Below are positions 1-13,245 of a DNA stretch of 64,000 bases, piece after piece. Under the pieces are notes generated by a model. It was not told the origin of the DNA. It made no database searches and was given only the letters and a program-made list of their open reading frames with translations. How positions within the stretch are numbered: the first letter of the stretch is position 1; each line of letters opens with the position of its first letter. Position numbers and translations under genes: made by a program. Source of the stretch: Raja brachyura (lineage: Eukaryota); assembly GCA_963514005.1 (NCBI GenBank), contig OY740782.1, positions 150,784,001 through 150,848,000 of the forward strand, written 5' to 3'.

Positions 1-49
1 TAACACGTGATCCGGTATAATAAATATGAAAAAAAATGTATGGCGACAT

Positions 50-385
50 ATCGTCTCCCCTCCCCCATCAGGCAAGAGGTAGAGAAGTGTGAAAACGCAA
101 GACTCCAGATTCAGGAACAATTTATTTCCGGCTGTTATCAGGGAACTGAATGATTCTATCAGCAACGAGAGTGTGGGCCTGAGCTACTCTCTCCCTTATT
201 GGGGACCCTTGGACTATATTTAAGTGGAGTTTACTGGGCTTTATCATGCACCAAACATCATTCTCTTTATCACGTATCTGTACTCTGTGGATGGCTAGAT
301 GGTAGTTATGTATAACCTTTCCGCTGAATAGTTAGCACGCAACAAAAGCTTTTCACTATTCCTCTGTAAACGTGACAATAAAGGA
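50..385 (+). mobile_element. Decayed 3' end of a Rex1/Babar-like LINE
   Basis: Remnant encoding SGKR*RSVK...RFRNNLFPAVIR and GTGACAATAAA tail, resembling the Rex1 3' ends elsewhere in the window. Confidence 0.55.
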
Positions 386-440
386 AGCTAAACTATGCTA
401 ACGAAAAAAATATCTGTATCAGTGGCAACCGAGTGGTCAT

Positions 441-576
441 AGCACCATCCTCTGGTCACAGGTAATGTTCGAAATTCAATCTAAATCAAAAACCTGCAAT
501 ACAAATATGCACCACGAGATGGCAGCAGATGCAGGCTCCCTCTGGGCAACACTGAATGGAAACGCCCCTTGTTGCA
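441..576. promoter_or_regulatory. Cluster of CTCF-like motifs
   Basis: CCACGAGATGGCAGC (512-526, +) with upstream TGCAATAC; weaker minus-strand matches at 441-458, 534-549 and 562-576. Confidence 0.5.
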
Positions 577-627
577 CGAGATGTAAAGAGTACGCAGGGT
601 CCTAATGCTCGTATTAAGCTAAAATCA

Positions 628-1442
628 CAAGTCAAGTCAATTTTATTTCTATAGCACATTTAAAAACAACTCACGTTGACCAAAGTGCAGGTACTAATGT
701 GCTACATACAATGGTACATAGATCTAACAATACATACATAAATACATACATACAGCGCTCCCTCAAGAAAGGCTTGAGAGTAGAAATAAGTTTTAAGTGA
801 CGACTTAAGGGAGTCGATGGATTGGGCAGTTCTGATGAGGAGAGGGATGCTGTTCCACAGTCTAGGTGCTGCAACCGCAAAAGCGCGGTCGCCCCTGAGC
901 TTAAACCTGGACCGCGGGATAGTCAGTAACCCCAAGTCGGCCGACCTGAGGGACCTGGAGGTAGAATGGTGGGTTAGCAGGTTTTTGATATAGGTGGGGG
1001 CAAGCCCGGTAAGGGCTTTGTATACATATAGGAGGAGCTTGAAATTGATTCTGTACCATACTGGGAGCCAGTGGAGAGAGGCCAGGATCGGGGTGATGTG
1101 GTCCCTTTTACGGGTGCCCGTCAGGAGTCTCGCTGCGGCGTTTTGGACCAATTGCAGGCGGGACAGGGATGATTGGCTAATGCCAGTGTAAAGAGAGTTG
1201 CAGTAATCAAGGCGGGAGGAGATAAATGCGTGGATGATCTTTTCAAGGTCGTTGAATTGGAGGAATGGTTTGATTTTAGCTATCGTCCGAAGCTGGAAGA
1301 AGCTAGCTTTTACCACAGCATTGACTTGTTTGTCAAACTTCAAAGCGGAGTCAAATATCACACCAAGGTTTTGGACGTGCGGTTTGAGTAAGGAGGTTAG
1401 GTTTCCAAGGCTGCCTGCTATCGTTTTGACGGAGTCCGAGGC
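628..1442 (-). mobile_element. L2 LINE, 3' part of ORF2 plus 3' end
   Basis: NLGVIFDS...SRLDYCNSL...LQLVQNAAARLLT...HITPILASLHWLP, typical L2 C-terminus. Confidence 0.9.
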
Positions 1443-3613
1443 AGTAATTGAAGAGCGCACCCCCGGAGGTGAGGACTGTACAGAGCTGGTCGGGGGTGTG
1501 GGGGGGGGGGGTGGGGGGGGGGGCAGTCTGTAGACTGGGCAATGTTCAGGGACTCGGCAACGGACCTGAATGAATACGCCACAGTCGTTACTGACTTCCT
1601 AAAGATATGTGTGGAGGACTGCATCCCAATAAAAAATGTCCAAGTGTTTCCCAATCAGAAGCCTTGGATGAACTTTGAGATCCGCACTCTTCTGAAGACC
1701 AGACACCGGGCATTCATATCTGATGATACAGTGGTCTACAAGAAGTCCAGATACAACCTTGGTAAGGCCATCAAAAAGGCCAAAAGGGACTTCTGCTCCA
1801 CACTGGAGGATGAGACAGATGTTCGGCAGCTGTGGCGGGGCCTGAATGCAATCACCTCCTACAAGGCGAGATCAGGAGGCAGCTCGAATGTCGGCGTAGC
1901 ATCACTCCCTGGCGAGCTCAATGCGTTTTACGCACGCTTTGATAGGGAGAACACTGATGTGCCTTCTCGAGCCCCCATTCGCTGTGATGGTATTTCAGTC
2001 ACAGTCACAGAGGCCGACGTCAGAAAATCCTTCAGAGGGGTGAACCCTCGAAAAGCGCATGGACCTGATGGTATACCAGATCGTGTTCTAAAAACCTGTG
2101 CGGACCAACTGGCTGGAGTTTTTACAGACATTTTCAACCTCTCACTTCTGAGGTCTGAGGTTCCCACCTGCTTTAAAAGGGCATCAATAATACCGGTGCC
2201 CAAGAAAAGCAAGGTGACGTGCCTCAATGACTATCGACCTGTGGCACTAACGCCTGTGGTGATGAAGCGCTTTGAGAGGTTGATCGTGGCACAAATCAAC
2301 TCCTACCTCAACATAAAACCTGGACCCACTGCAGTTTGCTTACCGCCGCCACAGATCAACGGTGGATGCGATCTCGCTGGCTCTCCACTCTGCTCTGGAC
2401 CACTTGGACACAAAAACACATATGTCAGGCTGTTATTCATTAATTACAGCTCGGAATTTAATACAACCATCCCCTTCAAGCTGGGTAGCAAGCTCTCAGA
2501 TCTGGGTGTCTGAGCATCCCTCTGCACTTGGATCCTCGACTTCCTCATTCACAGACCACGGTCTGTCCGTATTGGTGGAAATGTGTCATCCTCGATAACA
2601 ATCAGCACGGGAGTACCTCAAGGCTGCGTGCTCTGCCCCCTGCTGTACTCACTCTATACTCATGACTGCGTAGCTGGTCATAGTGCAAACTCCATCATCA
2701 AGTTCGCTGATGACACCACTGTTGTGGGATGTATCACTGATGGGGACGAGTCAGAGTATAGAAGTGAGATCAACCGATTGAACAAATGGTGCCAGCACAA
2801 TAACCTGGCCCTCAACACCAACAAAACCAAGAAACTGATTGTGGACTTTGGAAGGGGTAGGATGGGGACCCACAGTCCCGTTTATATCTGTTTATATCTA
2901 CAGGTCGATGGTGGAAAGGGTCAAGAGCTTCAAATTCCTGGGCGTGCATATCTCTGAAGATCTTTCCTAGTCCGAGAACACTGATGCAATTATAAAGAAA
3001 GCTCATCAGCGCCTCTACTTCCTGAGAAGATTACTGACAGTCGGTCTGTCAAGGAGGACCCTCTCTAACTTCTACAGGTGCACAGCAGAGAGCATGCTGA
3101 CCGGTTGCATCGTGGCTTGGTTCGGCAACTTGAGCGCCCTGGAGAGGAAAAGACTACAAAAAGTAGTAAACACTGCCCAGTCCATCATCGGCTCTGACCT
3201 CCCTTCCATTGAGGGGATCTATCACAGTCGCTGCCTCAAAAAGGCTGGCAGCATCATCAAGGACCCACACCATCCTGGCCACACACTCATCTCCCTGCTA
3301 CCTTCAGGTAGAAGGTACAGGAGCCTGAAGACTGCAACGACCAGGTTCAGGAATAGCTACTTCCCCACAGCCATCAGGCTATTAAACTCGGCTCGGACAA
3401 AACTCTGAACATTAATAGCCCATTATCTGCTTTATTGCACTTGATCAGTTTATTTATTCATGTGTGTATATATTTATATAATGGTATATGGACACACTGA
3501 TCTGTTCTGTATTCATGCCTACTATGTTCTGGTGTGCTGAAGCAAAGCAAGAATTTCATTGTCCTATCTGGGACACATGACAATAAACTGTCTTGAACAT
3601 GAACTTGAACTTG
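1443..3613 (+). mobile_element. Rex1/Babar-like LINE (5'-truncated RT with frameshifts) inserted into L2
   Basis: [36 protein letters not shown] motifs; (CTTGAA)n tail at about 3592-3613. Confidence 0.9.
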
Positions 3614-3855
3614 AGTCGGATGACCTCAGACGTTTAGTTGGAGGAAGTTCTGGGTCATCCAGCACTTTATATCCTCGAGGCAGTGCATAAGGTTGAGTAG
3701 ATTTGATCGGTTGTTGGGTTTCAGGGGGAGATAGAGCTGTGTATCGCCTGCATAGCAGTGGAAGGAAATGCCGTGCCTTTGAATGACTTGGCCTGAGGGG
3801 AGCACATACAGGGAGAAGAGAATGGGGCCTAGGATGGAGCCTTGTGGAACCCCCG
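3614..3855 (-). mobile_element. L2 LINE RT fragment, upstream continuation of 628-1442
   Basis: GVPQGSILGP...FHCYAGDTQLY...WMTQNFLQLN joins ...SDSVKTI at about 1442. Confidence 0.88.
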
Positions 3856-4398
3856 CAGCCTCCTCCCCCCCTGTCACCTCCCCCCCCTCTCTCCCCCCCT
3901 CTTCCCCCCTCTCTCCCCCCCTCTCTCCCTTCCCCCCTCTCTCCGTTCCCCCCCTCTCTCCCTTCCCCCCTCTCCCTTCCCCTCTCTCTCCCTTCCCCCC
4001 TCTCCCCTTCCCCCCCTCTCCCCTTCCCCCCTCTCCCCCTTCCCCCCTCTCCCCCTTCCCCCCTCTCCTCCCCCTCTCTCCCCCCCCTCACCCCCCTCTG
4101 TCTGTCTCTTGCCCTCCTGTCTCTGCCTCTCTCTCTGTCTCTCCCCTTTCTCTCTCTGCTCTCACTCTCTACCCCCCCCCCCCCCCCACCCTCTAGACGC
4201 GCCTGCGAGTTGGGGGCTATGTGTCAGTGGATGGGGCGGTTATGGGGTAATAGGAGCAAATTAATAATATTAATATATCGAGGGGGGTAGTTACTGTGTG
4301 TGAGGGGTGGTTAGTGTGTGTGACGCCGCATGCCGCCCCCCCCCCCCTGCAAACACACGATGGGGGAACAGACCCAATGGGCCTGCACTTGGTATAGT
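3856..4398 (+). mobile_element. Non-autonomous Helitron-like element, 3' part with a CT-rich tract
   Basis: Terminal hairpin CAGACCC-AAT-GGGCCTG (4369-4385) then ATAG/T (CTRR-like end); homologous to about 40060-40085 plus 41399-41775. Confidence 0.55.
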
Positions 4399-5910
4399 AT
4401 CTTTTAAAACTGGGTGGGTGTGGGTGTATGTCATTTTGAGTTTGAAATGTATCGCCTCGAAAGCCAGATGCAAAAACGCGGAGATTTTTACAATTTCGGT
4501 AGGGGTTGAACTTATGATTTCATAAATCCACTCCTCTCTAAATTCGGTCCATTATTTCCCCAGATTTTGAATAAAGTTGTTCACAAAACTCACTTTTTCA
4601 AAAATAATTGCCGCTTGCCAGCTGCTGACATCACAATGCCCACATGCCAACCAATCCAGGCCCACCTGCCTCCTTGCCCCACCCCCCAGTGCTGTGGATT
4701 AATGCAGCTGCTGCCAATGCACATGCGCAGTTTTTCATGAGGTACGTTCGCCCACCCATCACCCCGTTCTTCAAAAGGCGCAGAAAGATCGAGAAAGTTC
4801 AGCAGAACAAAGATTCTACAGCTCAGCTATAGGATCTTTGTTTTGCAGACCTCGGGGTCAGCGGCACCTCACGTGCTGAATCTTCTCCTCACTGCCGGCG
4901 CAGCTCGTGGAGCCCCGACCCTCCCATCACCCGCCTGCCCGCGCATTCCAGCTGTGGGTTTCCAGAGAGTCAGAAGTCGCTTCTGCCTCTCTCCTCATTT
5001 GGCAGCCCACTCATTCTCTTTGGGCCAAAAGGCTCCTCCTAGGCTAATATGGGCATTTTGGGCAAAAGGGACTGGTTTCTCGGCTAATAGGGGCATTGTG
5101 GGCCGAAATTACTAGTTTCAAGCAGGCCAAACAACTCATTTCATTTCATTTCCAGTTGCATTGCAGTTTCAAGCACAGGGCAGGCCAAATAGCTCATTGC
5201 ATTTTCATTTCACTTCCATTGCCATTGCAGTTTCAAGTGCAGGGCAGGCCAAGCCAAACTGCTAATTGCATTTTCAGTTAATTTACATTACCATTGCACT
5301 TTCCAACACAGGGGAGGCTCAAGCCAAACAGCTGATTTCATTTTCACTTTATTTCCTTTGCCATTGCACTTTCAAGCACAGGGCAGGCTCAAGCCAAACA
5401 GCTCATTGCATTTTCATTACATTTCCATTGCCATTGCACTTTCAAATACAAGGCAGGCTCAAGCCAAACATATTGCATTTTCACTTAATTTCCATTGCTA
5501 TTGCAGTTTCAAGCACAGAGCAGGCCAAACAACTCATTTCATTTTCATTAAGGGCTAACAAATCATTTATTCAAGTACATTGTGTACTCAGACAGAGTCG
5601 TGACCTCTCCCGCGCCATCTTGCAGACTGACTGAGCCACGTCCACACTTCTGGGTTTTATAGTCCCTCCAACTCCCACCGGAAGGGGCCTCGTGGCGGTA
5701 ATTGACAGGAGAGAGAATCTCAAGATTTTTTAAACACTAATAAGTCTTTTATTTTTCATTGATGGAAATAATCCTCGAGGCTTGCGCAGCGGAGGAGGAC
5801 TCTGAGTAAGATGGCCAAAAAATCACAGCCATATGTGGTAGCGTTTTTTCTAAAATCAAAGCAAAGTGCAAACAGGACGTTGTCAAGATGACACTTTTAA
5901 TTATATAGAT
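4399..5910. mobile_element. Non-coding interspersed repeat(s), probably Helitron-like/DNA transposon derivative
   Basis: Both ends resemble the TCTATATATTAAAACT start seen at about 39718; non-coding, with an internal minisatellite. Confidence 0.35.
5115..5548. repeat. Degenerate minisatellite, 64-70-bp unit, about 7 copies
   Basis: TTGCA(G/C)TTTCAAGCACAGGG-like core recurs at 5161, 5225, 5294, 5364, 5434 and 5501. Confidence 0.85.
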
Positions 5911-6696
5911 ATGATAAACGAGAGAGAGAAAAATGAGTTCCATGCGTATATATACACATACTCACATATGTTAGATAGGGTCTAATGCCAATGCAAACAA
6001 AAAAACTGGTCATGCCCTGTTGATTGTCATTTTATGTTCGTAACAAAGTCCGTATTTTGTCCAATATTAGAATTTCTAGTGGCAATCGGACTGAAGGAAA
6101 TGCATTGCTGGAAAATTGGACAATTGAATGCCCACATCGGCAGTGGCTGGAGTAGCTTTCGAAGAGAGCAATAGTGGTTTCTGATTCGTAGGATATTTTC
6201 TAACCAATAACAGAGGCCAACCCCACTGCCATTAAGGGAGAAGCATAATCGGATCTATTCGGAGTGAAGTCAGGGGCCATAGTAATGAAAAGGGGAGGCT
6301 TGTACAACCGATCGTGTATCAATGAAAATATTTGTTTCAGTAATACCATAGGCATCCTCTTCTGAACTACGGATGTCATACCGTGTCATGTGTTCACTAC
6401 AAATGCGGAACCAATGGGTGGAAAATGATGAAAACGTGAATTGGGACCATACCCTCGTGGATGAGGTTTGGGGCCTGTTTCTGGAGTTGCAATGGCTGAT
6501 GTCCAATAACAGAGTTGCCTCATTACTACCGGGGATCATCAGTGTACTTACTCGGACAAGCAAGTGGTAGATGGAAATGAAGGGCGTCAGTCAGTCATTC
6601 AACGGCAGGATATTATGGGTTCCAGTTCCAGAGATCAGAGTAAATAAATGAGGCTCATGCCTCCGAACCCATTCCACTGTACACTAAACATCTATC

Positions 6697-9290
6697 ATAG
6701 AAACATAGAAACATAGAAAATAAGTACAGGAGTAGGCCATTCAGCCCTTCGAGCCTGCACCACCATTCAATATGATCATGGTTGATCATCCAACTCAGTA
6801 TCCCGTACCTGGCTTCTCTCCATACCCCCTGATCCCCTTAGCCACAAGGGCCACATCTAACTCCCTCTTAAATATAGTCAATGAACTGGCCTCAACTACC
6901 TTCTGTGGCAGAGAATTCCAGAGATTCACCACTCTCTGTGTGAAAAATGTTTTTCTCATCTCAGTCCCAAACGACTTCCCCCTTATCCTTAAACTGTGAG
7001 CCTTTGTGCTGGACTTCCTCAACATCGGGAACAATCTTCCTGCATATAGCCTGTCCAACCCCTTAAGAATTTTGGAAGTTTATATAGAATCCCCCCTCAA
7101 TCTTCTAAATTCCAGCGAGTACAAGCCGAGTCTATCCAGTCTTTCTTCATATGGAAGTCCTGACATCCCAGGAATCAGTCTGGTGAACCTTGTCTGTACT
7201 CCCTCTATGGCAAGAATGTCTTTCCTCAGATTAGGAGACCAAAACTGTATTCAATACTCCAGGTGTGGTCTCACCAAGACCCTGTACAACTGCAGTAGAA
7301 CAACCCTGCTCCTATACTCAAATTCTTTTGCTATGAATGCTAACATACCATTCGCTTTCTTCACTGCCTGCTGCACCTGCATGCCTACTTTCAATGACTG
7401 GTGTACATGACACCCAGGTCTCGTTGCATCTCCCCTTTTCCTAATTGGCCACCATTCAAATAATAGTCTACTTTCCTGTTTTTGCCACCAAAGTGTATAT
7501 CCTCACATTTATCCACATTATACTGCATCTGCCATGAATTTGCCCACTCACCCAACCTATCCAAGTCACCTTGCAGCCTCCTAGCATCCTCCTCACAGCT
7601 AGCACTGCCCCCCAGCTTCGTGTGATCATCCGCAAACTTGAAGATGTTGCATTCAATTCCCTCGTCCAAATCATTAATATATATTGTAAATAGCTGGGGT
7701 CCCAGCACTGAGCCTTGCGGTACCCCACTAGTCACTGCCTGCCATTCAGGAAAGGACCCGATTACTCCTACTCTTTGCTTCCTGTCTGCCAGCCAGTTCC
7801 CTATCCACATCAATACTGAAACCCCAATACTGTGTGCTTTAAGTTTGCATACTAATCTCTTATGTGGGACCTTGTCGGAAGCCTTCTGAATGTCCAGGTA
7901 TAACACATCCACTGGTTCTCCCTTATCCACTCTACTAGTTACATCCTCGAAAAATTCTAAAAGATTCGTCAGACATGATTTACCTTTCTTAAGGGGTTGG
8001 ACAGGCTAGATGCAGGAAGACTGTTTCCGATGTTGGGGAGGTCCAGGACAAGGGGTCACAGCTTAAGGATCAGGGGGAAATCCTTTAGGACCGAGATGAG
8101 AAGGACGTTTTTCACACAGAGAGTGGTAGGTCTCTGGAACTCTCTGCCACAGAGGGTAGTTGAGGCCAGTTCATTGGCTATATTTAAGAGGCAGTTAGAT
8201 GTGGCCCTTGTGGCTAATGGGATCAGAGGGTATGGAGAGAAGGCAGGTACGGGATGCTGAGTTGGATGATCAGCCAAGATCATATTGAATGGCAGTGCAG
8301 GCTCGAAGTGGCGAATGGCCTACTCCTGCACCTAATTTCTATGTTTCTATGTTTCTATGTTTCATAAATCCATGCTGACTTTGTCCAATGATTTCACCAC
8401 TTTCCAAATGTGAAATCTCCTATACGCAAGACTTTAGTCGCGGTTACCCTGATAGTGCTATTCCATCTTTAATAACTGACTCTAGCAGTTTCCCCACTAC
8501 CAATGTTAGACTAACTGGTCTGTAATTCCCCGTTTTCGCTCTCCCTTCCTTTTTTAAAGTGGGGTTACATTAGCTACCCTCCAATCCTCAGGAACTACTT
8601 CAGAATCAAAAGAGATTTGAAAAATTATCACTAATGCATCCACAGTTTCTGGGGCTACTTCCTTAAGTACTCTGGGATGCAGCCTATCTGGCCCTGGGGA
8701 TTTATCGGCTAATCCATTCAATTTAGCTAACACCACTTCCCGGCTAACCTGGATTTCACTCAGTTCCATCTCATTTGACCCCCGACCCCCTGCTATTTTC
8801 GGTAGATTATTTATGTCTTCCTTAGTGAAGACAGAACCAAAGTAGTTATTCAATTGGTCTGCCATATCCTTGATCATCACCATCACCTGTTTCTGACTGC
8901 AAGGGACCTACATTTGTTTTAACTAATCTTTTTCTCTTCGCATATCTATAAAAACGTTTGCAGTCAATTTTTATGTTTCCTGCCTGTTTTCTTTCATAAT
9001 CTATTTTCCATTTCCTAATTAATCCCTTTGTCATCCTCTGCTGGACTCTGAATTGCTCCCAGTCCTCTGGTAGGCTGCTTTTTCTGGCTAATTTGTATGT
9101 TTCATCTTTTGTTTTGATACAATCCCTGATTTCCCTTGTTATCCACGGATCCACTACCTTCCCTGATTTATTCTTTTGCCAAACTGGGATGAGCAATTTT
9201 TGTAGTACATCCATGCAGTCTTTCAATGCCTTCCATTGCCTATCCACCATCAACCCTTTAAGAATCAATTGCCAGTCTATCTTGGCCAAT
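6697..9290 (-). mobile_element. CR1 LINE (decayed ORF2 plus 3' end), interrupted by a plus-strand CR1
   Basis: RT motifs GVPQGSVLGP and FADD; (TTTCTATG)n tail at about 6697-6720. Confidence 0.9.
7988..8361 (+). mobile_element. CR1 3' end nested in a minus-strand CR1
   Basis: RTRGHSLR...FFTQRVV..WNSLP and (TTTCTATG)n tail; host sequence resumes at about 8362. Confidence 0.88.
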
Positions 9291-10285
9291 TCAAATATTT
9301 TTTGTTCTGGGGAGAATTTAAAACAACTACTGGACAAAATAACAAAAGAAATGGGCAAACTGAAAACATAGTTTGACAGGAACAAAATATCATTAAACTT
9401 GAGCAAAACCAAAATAATGTTATTTGGTAATTGCAGAACAAATACACAAGCAAATATAAAGATAAATGGGGTTGAAATTGAACGAGTTCATGAAAATAAA
9501 TTTCTTGGGGTTATAATGGATGATAGAATCAGCTGGAAATCACACATTAAACATGTACAATCTAAACTGTCAAAAAGCATTTCTGTATTACACAAAGTCA
9601 AGCAGGTTCTGGATCACAAATCACTCCGCATTCTCTACTGTTCACTAATCTTACCCTACTTAAATTACTGTGCAGAAGTCTGGGGCAATAACTATAAAAG
9701 TTCACTACATTCATTAACTATTCTGCAAAAAAGAGCAATACGCATTATTCACAATGTCAGGTATCTGGATCACACTAATTCATTATTCTTACAGTCAAAA
9801 TTATTAAAATGAGCAGATTTGGTTGCATTTAAAACAGCACAGATAATGTTTAGGGCCAAAAATAAAAACTTACCTGGAAATATACAAAAATTATTCAATG
9901 AGCGAGTGGGGGGTTATAATTTAAGAAGAATATTCAATTTTAAGGGACAAAGAGTCCGCACGACCAGAAAAACGTTTTGTATTTCGGTCTGTGGAGTGGG
10001 ATTGTGGAACAGTTTGAATGTGGAGTTAAAGCAATGTCCAAACATGAACCAGTTCAAAATGACAGACAAAAAACTTGTTTTCACAAGGTACAGGGATGAA
10101 GGGGATGGTTGACAAACAGGGGTTAATGTTTATTTATTTATTGTATTTATTATTTATTTATGTTTTTTGGTTACTTCATACATATTACTTGTATGTGTTT
10201 ATCAGTTGTATGTATATATATGTCCGTATGCATCTCTAAACATTGTCTGGGGTACGTCTACGGTTACATTGTATCTCAAATGAAT
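9291..10285 (+). mobile_element. L2/Crack-clade LINE 3' fragment
   Basis: SLNLSKTKIMLF...KFLGVIMD...LILPYLNYCAEVWG...LQKRAIRII...LWNSL. Confidence 0.8.
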
Positions 10286-10289
10286 AATT

Positions 10290-10700
10290 GCGACAGAGAA
10301 TTCCACAGATTCACAACTCTCTGTGTGAAAAATGTTTTTTTCATCTTGGTCCAAAAAGACTTCTCCCTTATCCTTAGACTGTGACCCCTTGTTCTGGACT
10401 CCCCCAACATCGGGAACAATCTTACTGCATCTAGCCTGTCCAACCCCTTAAGAATTTTTAAAGTTTCTATAAGATCCCCCCTCAATCTTCTAAATTCCAG
10501 TGAGTACAAGCCGAGTCTATCCAGTCTTTCCTCATAAGAAAGTCCTGCCATCCCAGGAATCAGTCCAGTGAACCTTCTCTGTACTCCCTCTATGGCAAGA
10601 ATGTCTTTCCTCAGATTTGGAGACCAAAACTGTACGCAATACTCCAGGTGTGGTCTCACCAAGGCCCTGCACAACTACAATAGAACCTCCATTCTCCTAT
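10290..10700 (-). mobile_element. CR1 ORF2 C-terminal fragment
   Basis: LVRPHLEYCVQFWSP... Confidence 0.88.
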
Positions 10701-10875
10701 ACGCAAGACTTTAGTCGCGGTTACCCTGATAGTGCGCTGAATGGAATCAGCCGAGAGTAGTCCAGGAAACCAAACTAGTGGGATGAGTGGCTTTGTGGCT
10801 CCGTGTGGCCTATTCTTATTTTGGGGGCCGATACTATCTCACTCACCCGCCGTCAAAGGCCCAACCAATGTCTCC

Positions 10876-13245
10876 TTTATAATATTTTTATTAGAAGTCA
10901 TATACAATAGGGTACATTAAGAATAATATAATACATTTCAGATACAACTTCTTGTTTTTGAATTTAATAATAAAAAAGTAATATAAGCAAAAAGAGAGAA
11001 AAAGAAAGTTAGGTAAAGTGGTGAAAGTGATCGTTCGTGAAAAGTACAAGATAAAGAGAGAAAGGAGGAGAGATATAAAAAATAAAATAAAATAAAAATA
11101 AATAACAGGAAAGTAAAACAGAAAAGATAATGAAAGGAAAATAAACTGGAAGGGATATACCTACTTCGTATCTTTGCGCATCCCTCACCCAGTTCTGAAA
11201 CAGTTTATTTTCAGGATTATGTTGCACCATATGCTTGTAATAAATCGATAAAGGGAGACCAAATCTTTAAGAACTGGTCTGATTTGCCTGCTGGGACCAA
11301 TCTCATATCTTCCAGGTGTAACAATTCAGACATGTTTGAAATCCACATTTTAAGCGTTGGTGTTGGTGCATTTTTCCAGAATTTTAATATAAGTTTTTTT
11401 GCCGTTATTAAACCATAATTAAGGAAACTCTCTTGGAACGAAGTCAGCTCAGAGCCGGTCTCCATTGTTCCAAAGATAATCAATTCTGCATTGGGGTTCA
11501 TTTCTGTTTTAAATACTTTTGTAAAAATTTCGAAAATTTAATTCCAAAACTTCTGAAGTTTTATGCAAAAGACAAAAGAGTGTGCTGTAGTTGCATCTTG
11601 AGATAAGCATTTATCACAGATGGGTGAGACAGTTGGAAATATTTTATTCCATTTAGTTTTTGAGTAATATAATCTATGTAAAATTTTAAATTGATTTAAG
11701 GTATGTCTTACATTTATCGAGCATTTATGTACATATAGCAAATATTTATCCCATCTGTCTTTCGAGATATTTATAGATAATTCTTGTTCCCAATCGCTTC
11801 TGATTGCATCAGACAGTGATATCTCTATGTTTAAAATGATATTATACAAATATGATATTAAATTAGTAGAATCCGCCTTTCTGTTCATAGCTTCATCTAG
11901 TATATCTGAAGTCAAAGTTTTATGTTCTTTTGTATGTTTTTTCAAGTAGTCACAGATTTGAAGATATTTAAAGTACTGATTACTTTTCAGGTTATATTTA
12001 AGTTGTAGTTGTTGGAATGATAAAAGATTTCCCATTTCATACATTTCTCCAAAGGTTTTAATTCCTATTCTTTCCCAGTGTGTAAACGTTTTATCAATAA
12101 TAGATGGTTTAAACGAGGGATTATTAACAATAGGAGAGAGACGCGATAGATTTCTTAATTTGAAAGTTAATTTTATTTGTTTCCACGTTCGTATTGTACG
12201 ATGAATAATTGGATTTTTCTTGTATATTGTATTATTCAGTTTTATCGATGAGAGAAGGATCGCTCCTATATTAAACGGAGAGCAGTCCTCTCTCTCCATT
12301 GCTATCCAATCTACCTGTTGGGCAGAATTGTCCAACAAGTAAATTATATTTTTAGTATTTGTTGCCCAGTGATAGTACAGAAAGTTGGGTAGTGTCAGTC
12401 CGCCAAATTCCTTGGGTTTACACAAGTGTCTGCTTTGAATTCTATGGGACTTATAGTCCCATATGAAATTTGTGATATCAGAGTCAACTTTTTACAAAAA
12501 AAATGTAGGTAAATATATTGGTATTGATTGAAATAAATATAAGATTTGTGGCAGAAAAATCATTTTTACGGCATTTATTCTGCCTATTAAAGACATCGGT
12601 AGTGTTTTCCAAAATTTAATCAGAGCATTTAATTTAGTAAGTAAGGGCATGTAGTTTGCATTGAATAAATATTTATATTTTCTAGTAATTTATATACCCA
12701 GATATTTAAATTTTTCTGTAGCAATTCTAAAGGTGTGTCGGTTCTTGAGGTTTTATCATCATAATTTCACTTTTATTCCAATTTATTCTATATCCTGAAA
12801 AGGATCCAAATTCCTCTATTAAATTTAATATATTTGGTATGCTGATTTGCGATTTTATAATATATATTACGTCCTCTGCATATAGTGATATTTTATTATT
12901 TGTATGTGTTGTATAATAACCATGGATGTTCGGATGCATTCTTATACTTTCTGCTAAGGGTTCTATCACAAGAGCAAATAGCAGGGGTGATAGTGCACAT
13001 CCCTGTCTATTGCCCCTGGATAGTTGAAATTTCGAAGAGAGTATATTATTAGTCAGTATTCTAGCAGTTGGCTTGTCATATAATAATTTTACCCATTAGA
13101 TAAAATTTTCTCCCATTTGAATTTTTTGCAATACTTTGAAGAGATTATCCCACCTGGTCAAATGCTTTTTCCGCATCCAATGAAATAATTGATAAGTCTT
13201 CCTCTTTAGTATTATGTGAATACATTATATTAAACCAATGTCTAA
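10876..13245 (-). mobile_element. L1-clade LINE, 3' half of ORF2 plus 3' UTR
   Basis: SLDAEKAFD, ISLYA(D)D, GGLTLPNF, C-terminal CxxC...H..C knuckle, A-rich tail. Confidence 0.88.

Noticed and set aside
3564-4290. Pro/Ser/Leu-rich and Gly/Glu/Arg-rich ORFs (also 39693-40118 and 41724-42192)
   Set aside because: Translations of CT-rich low-complexity DNA
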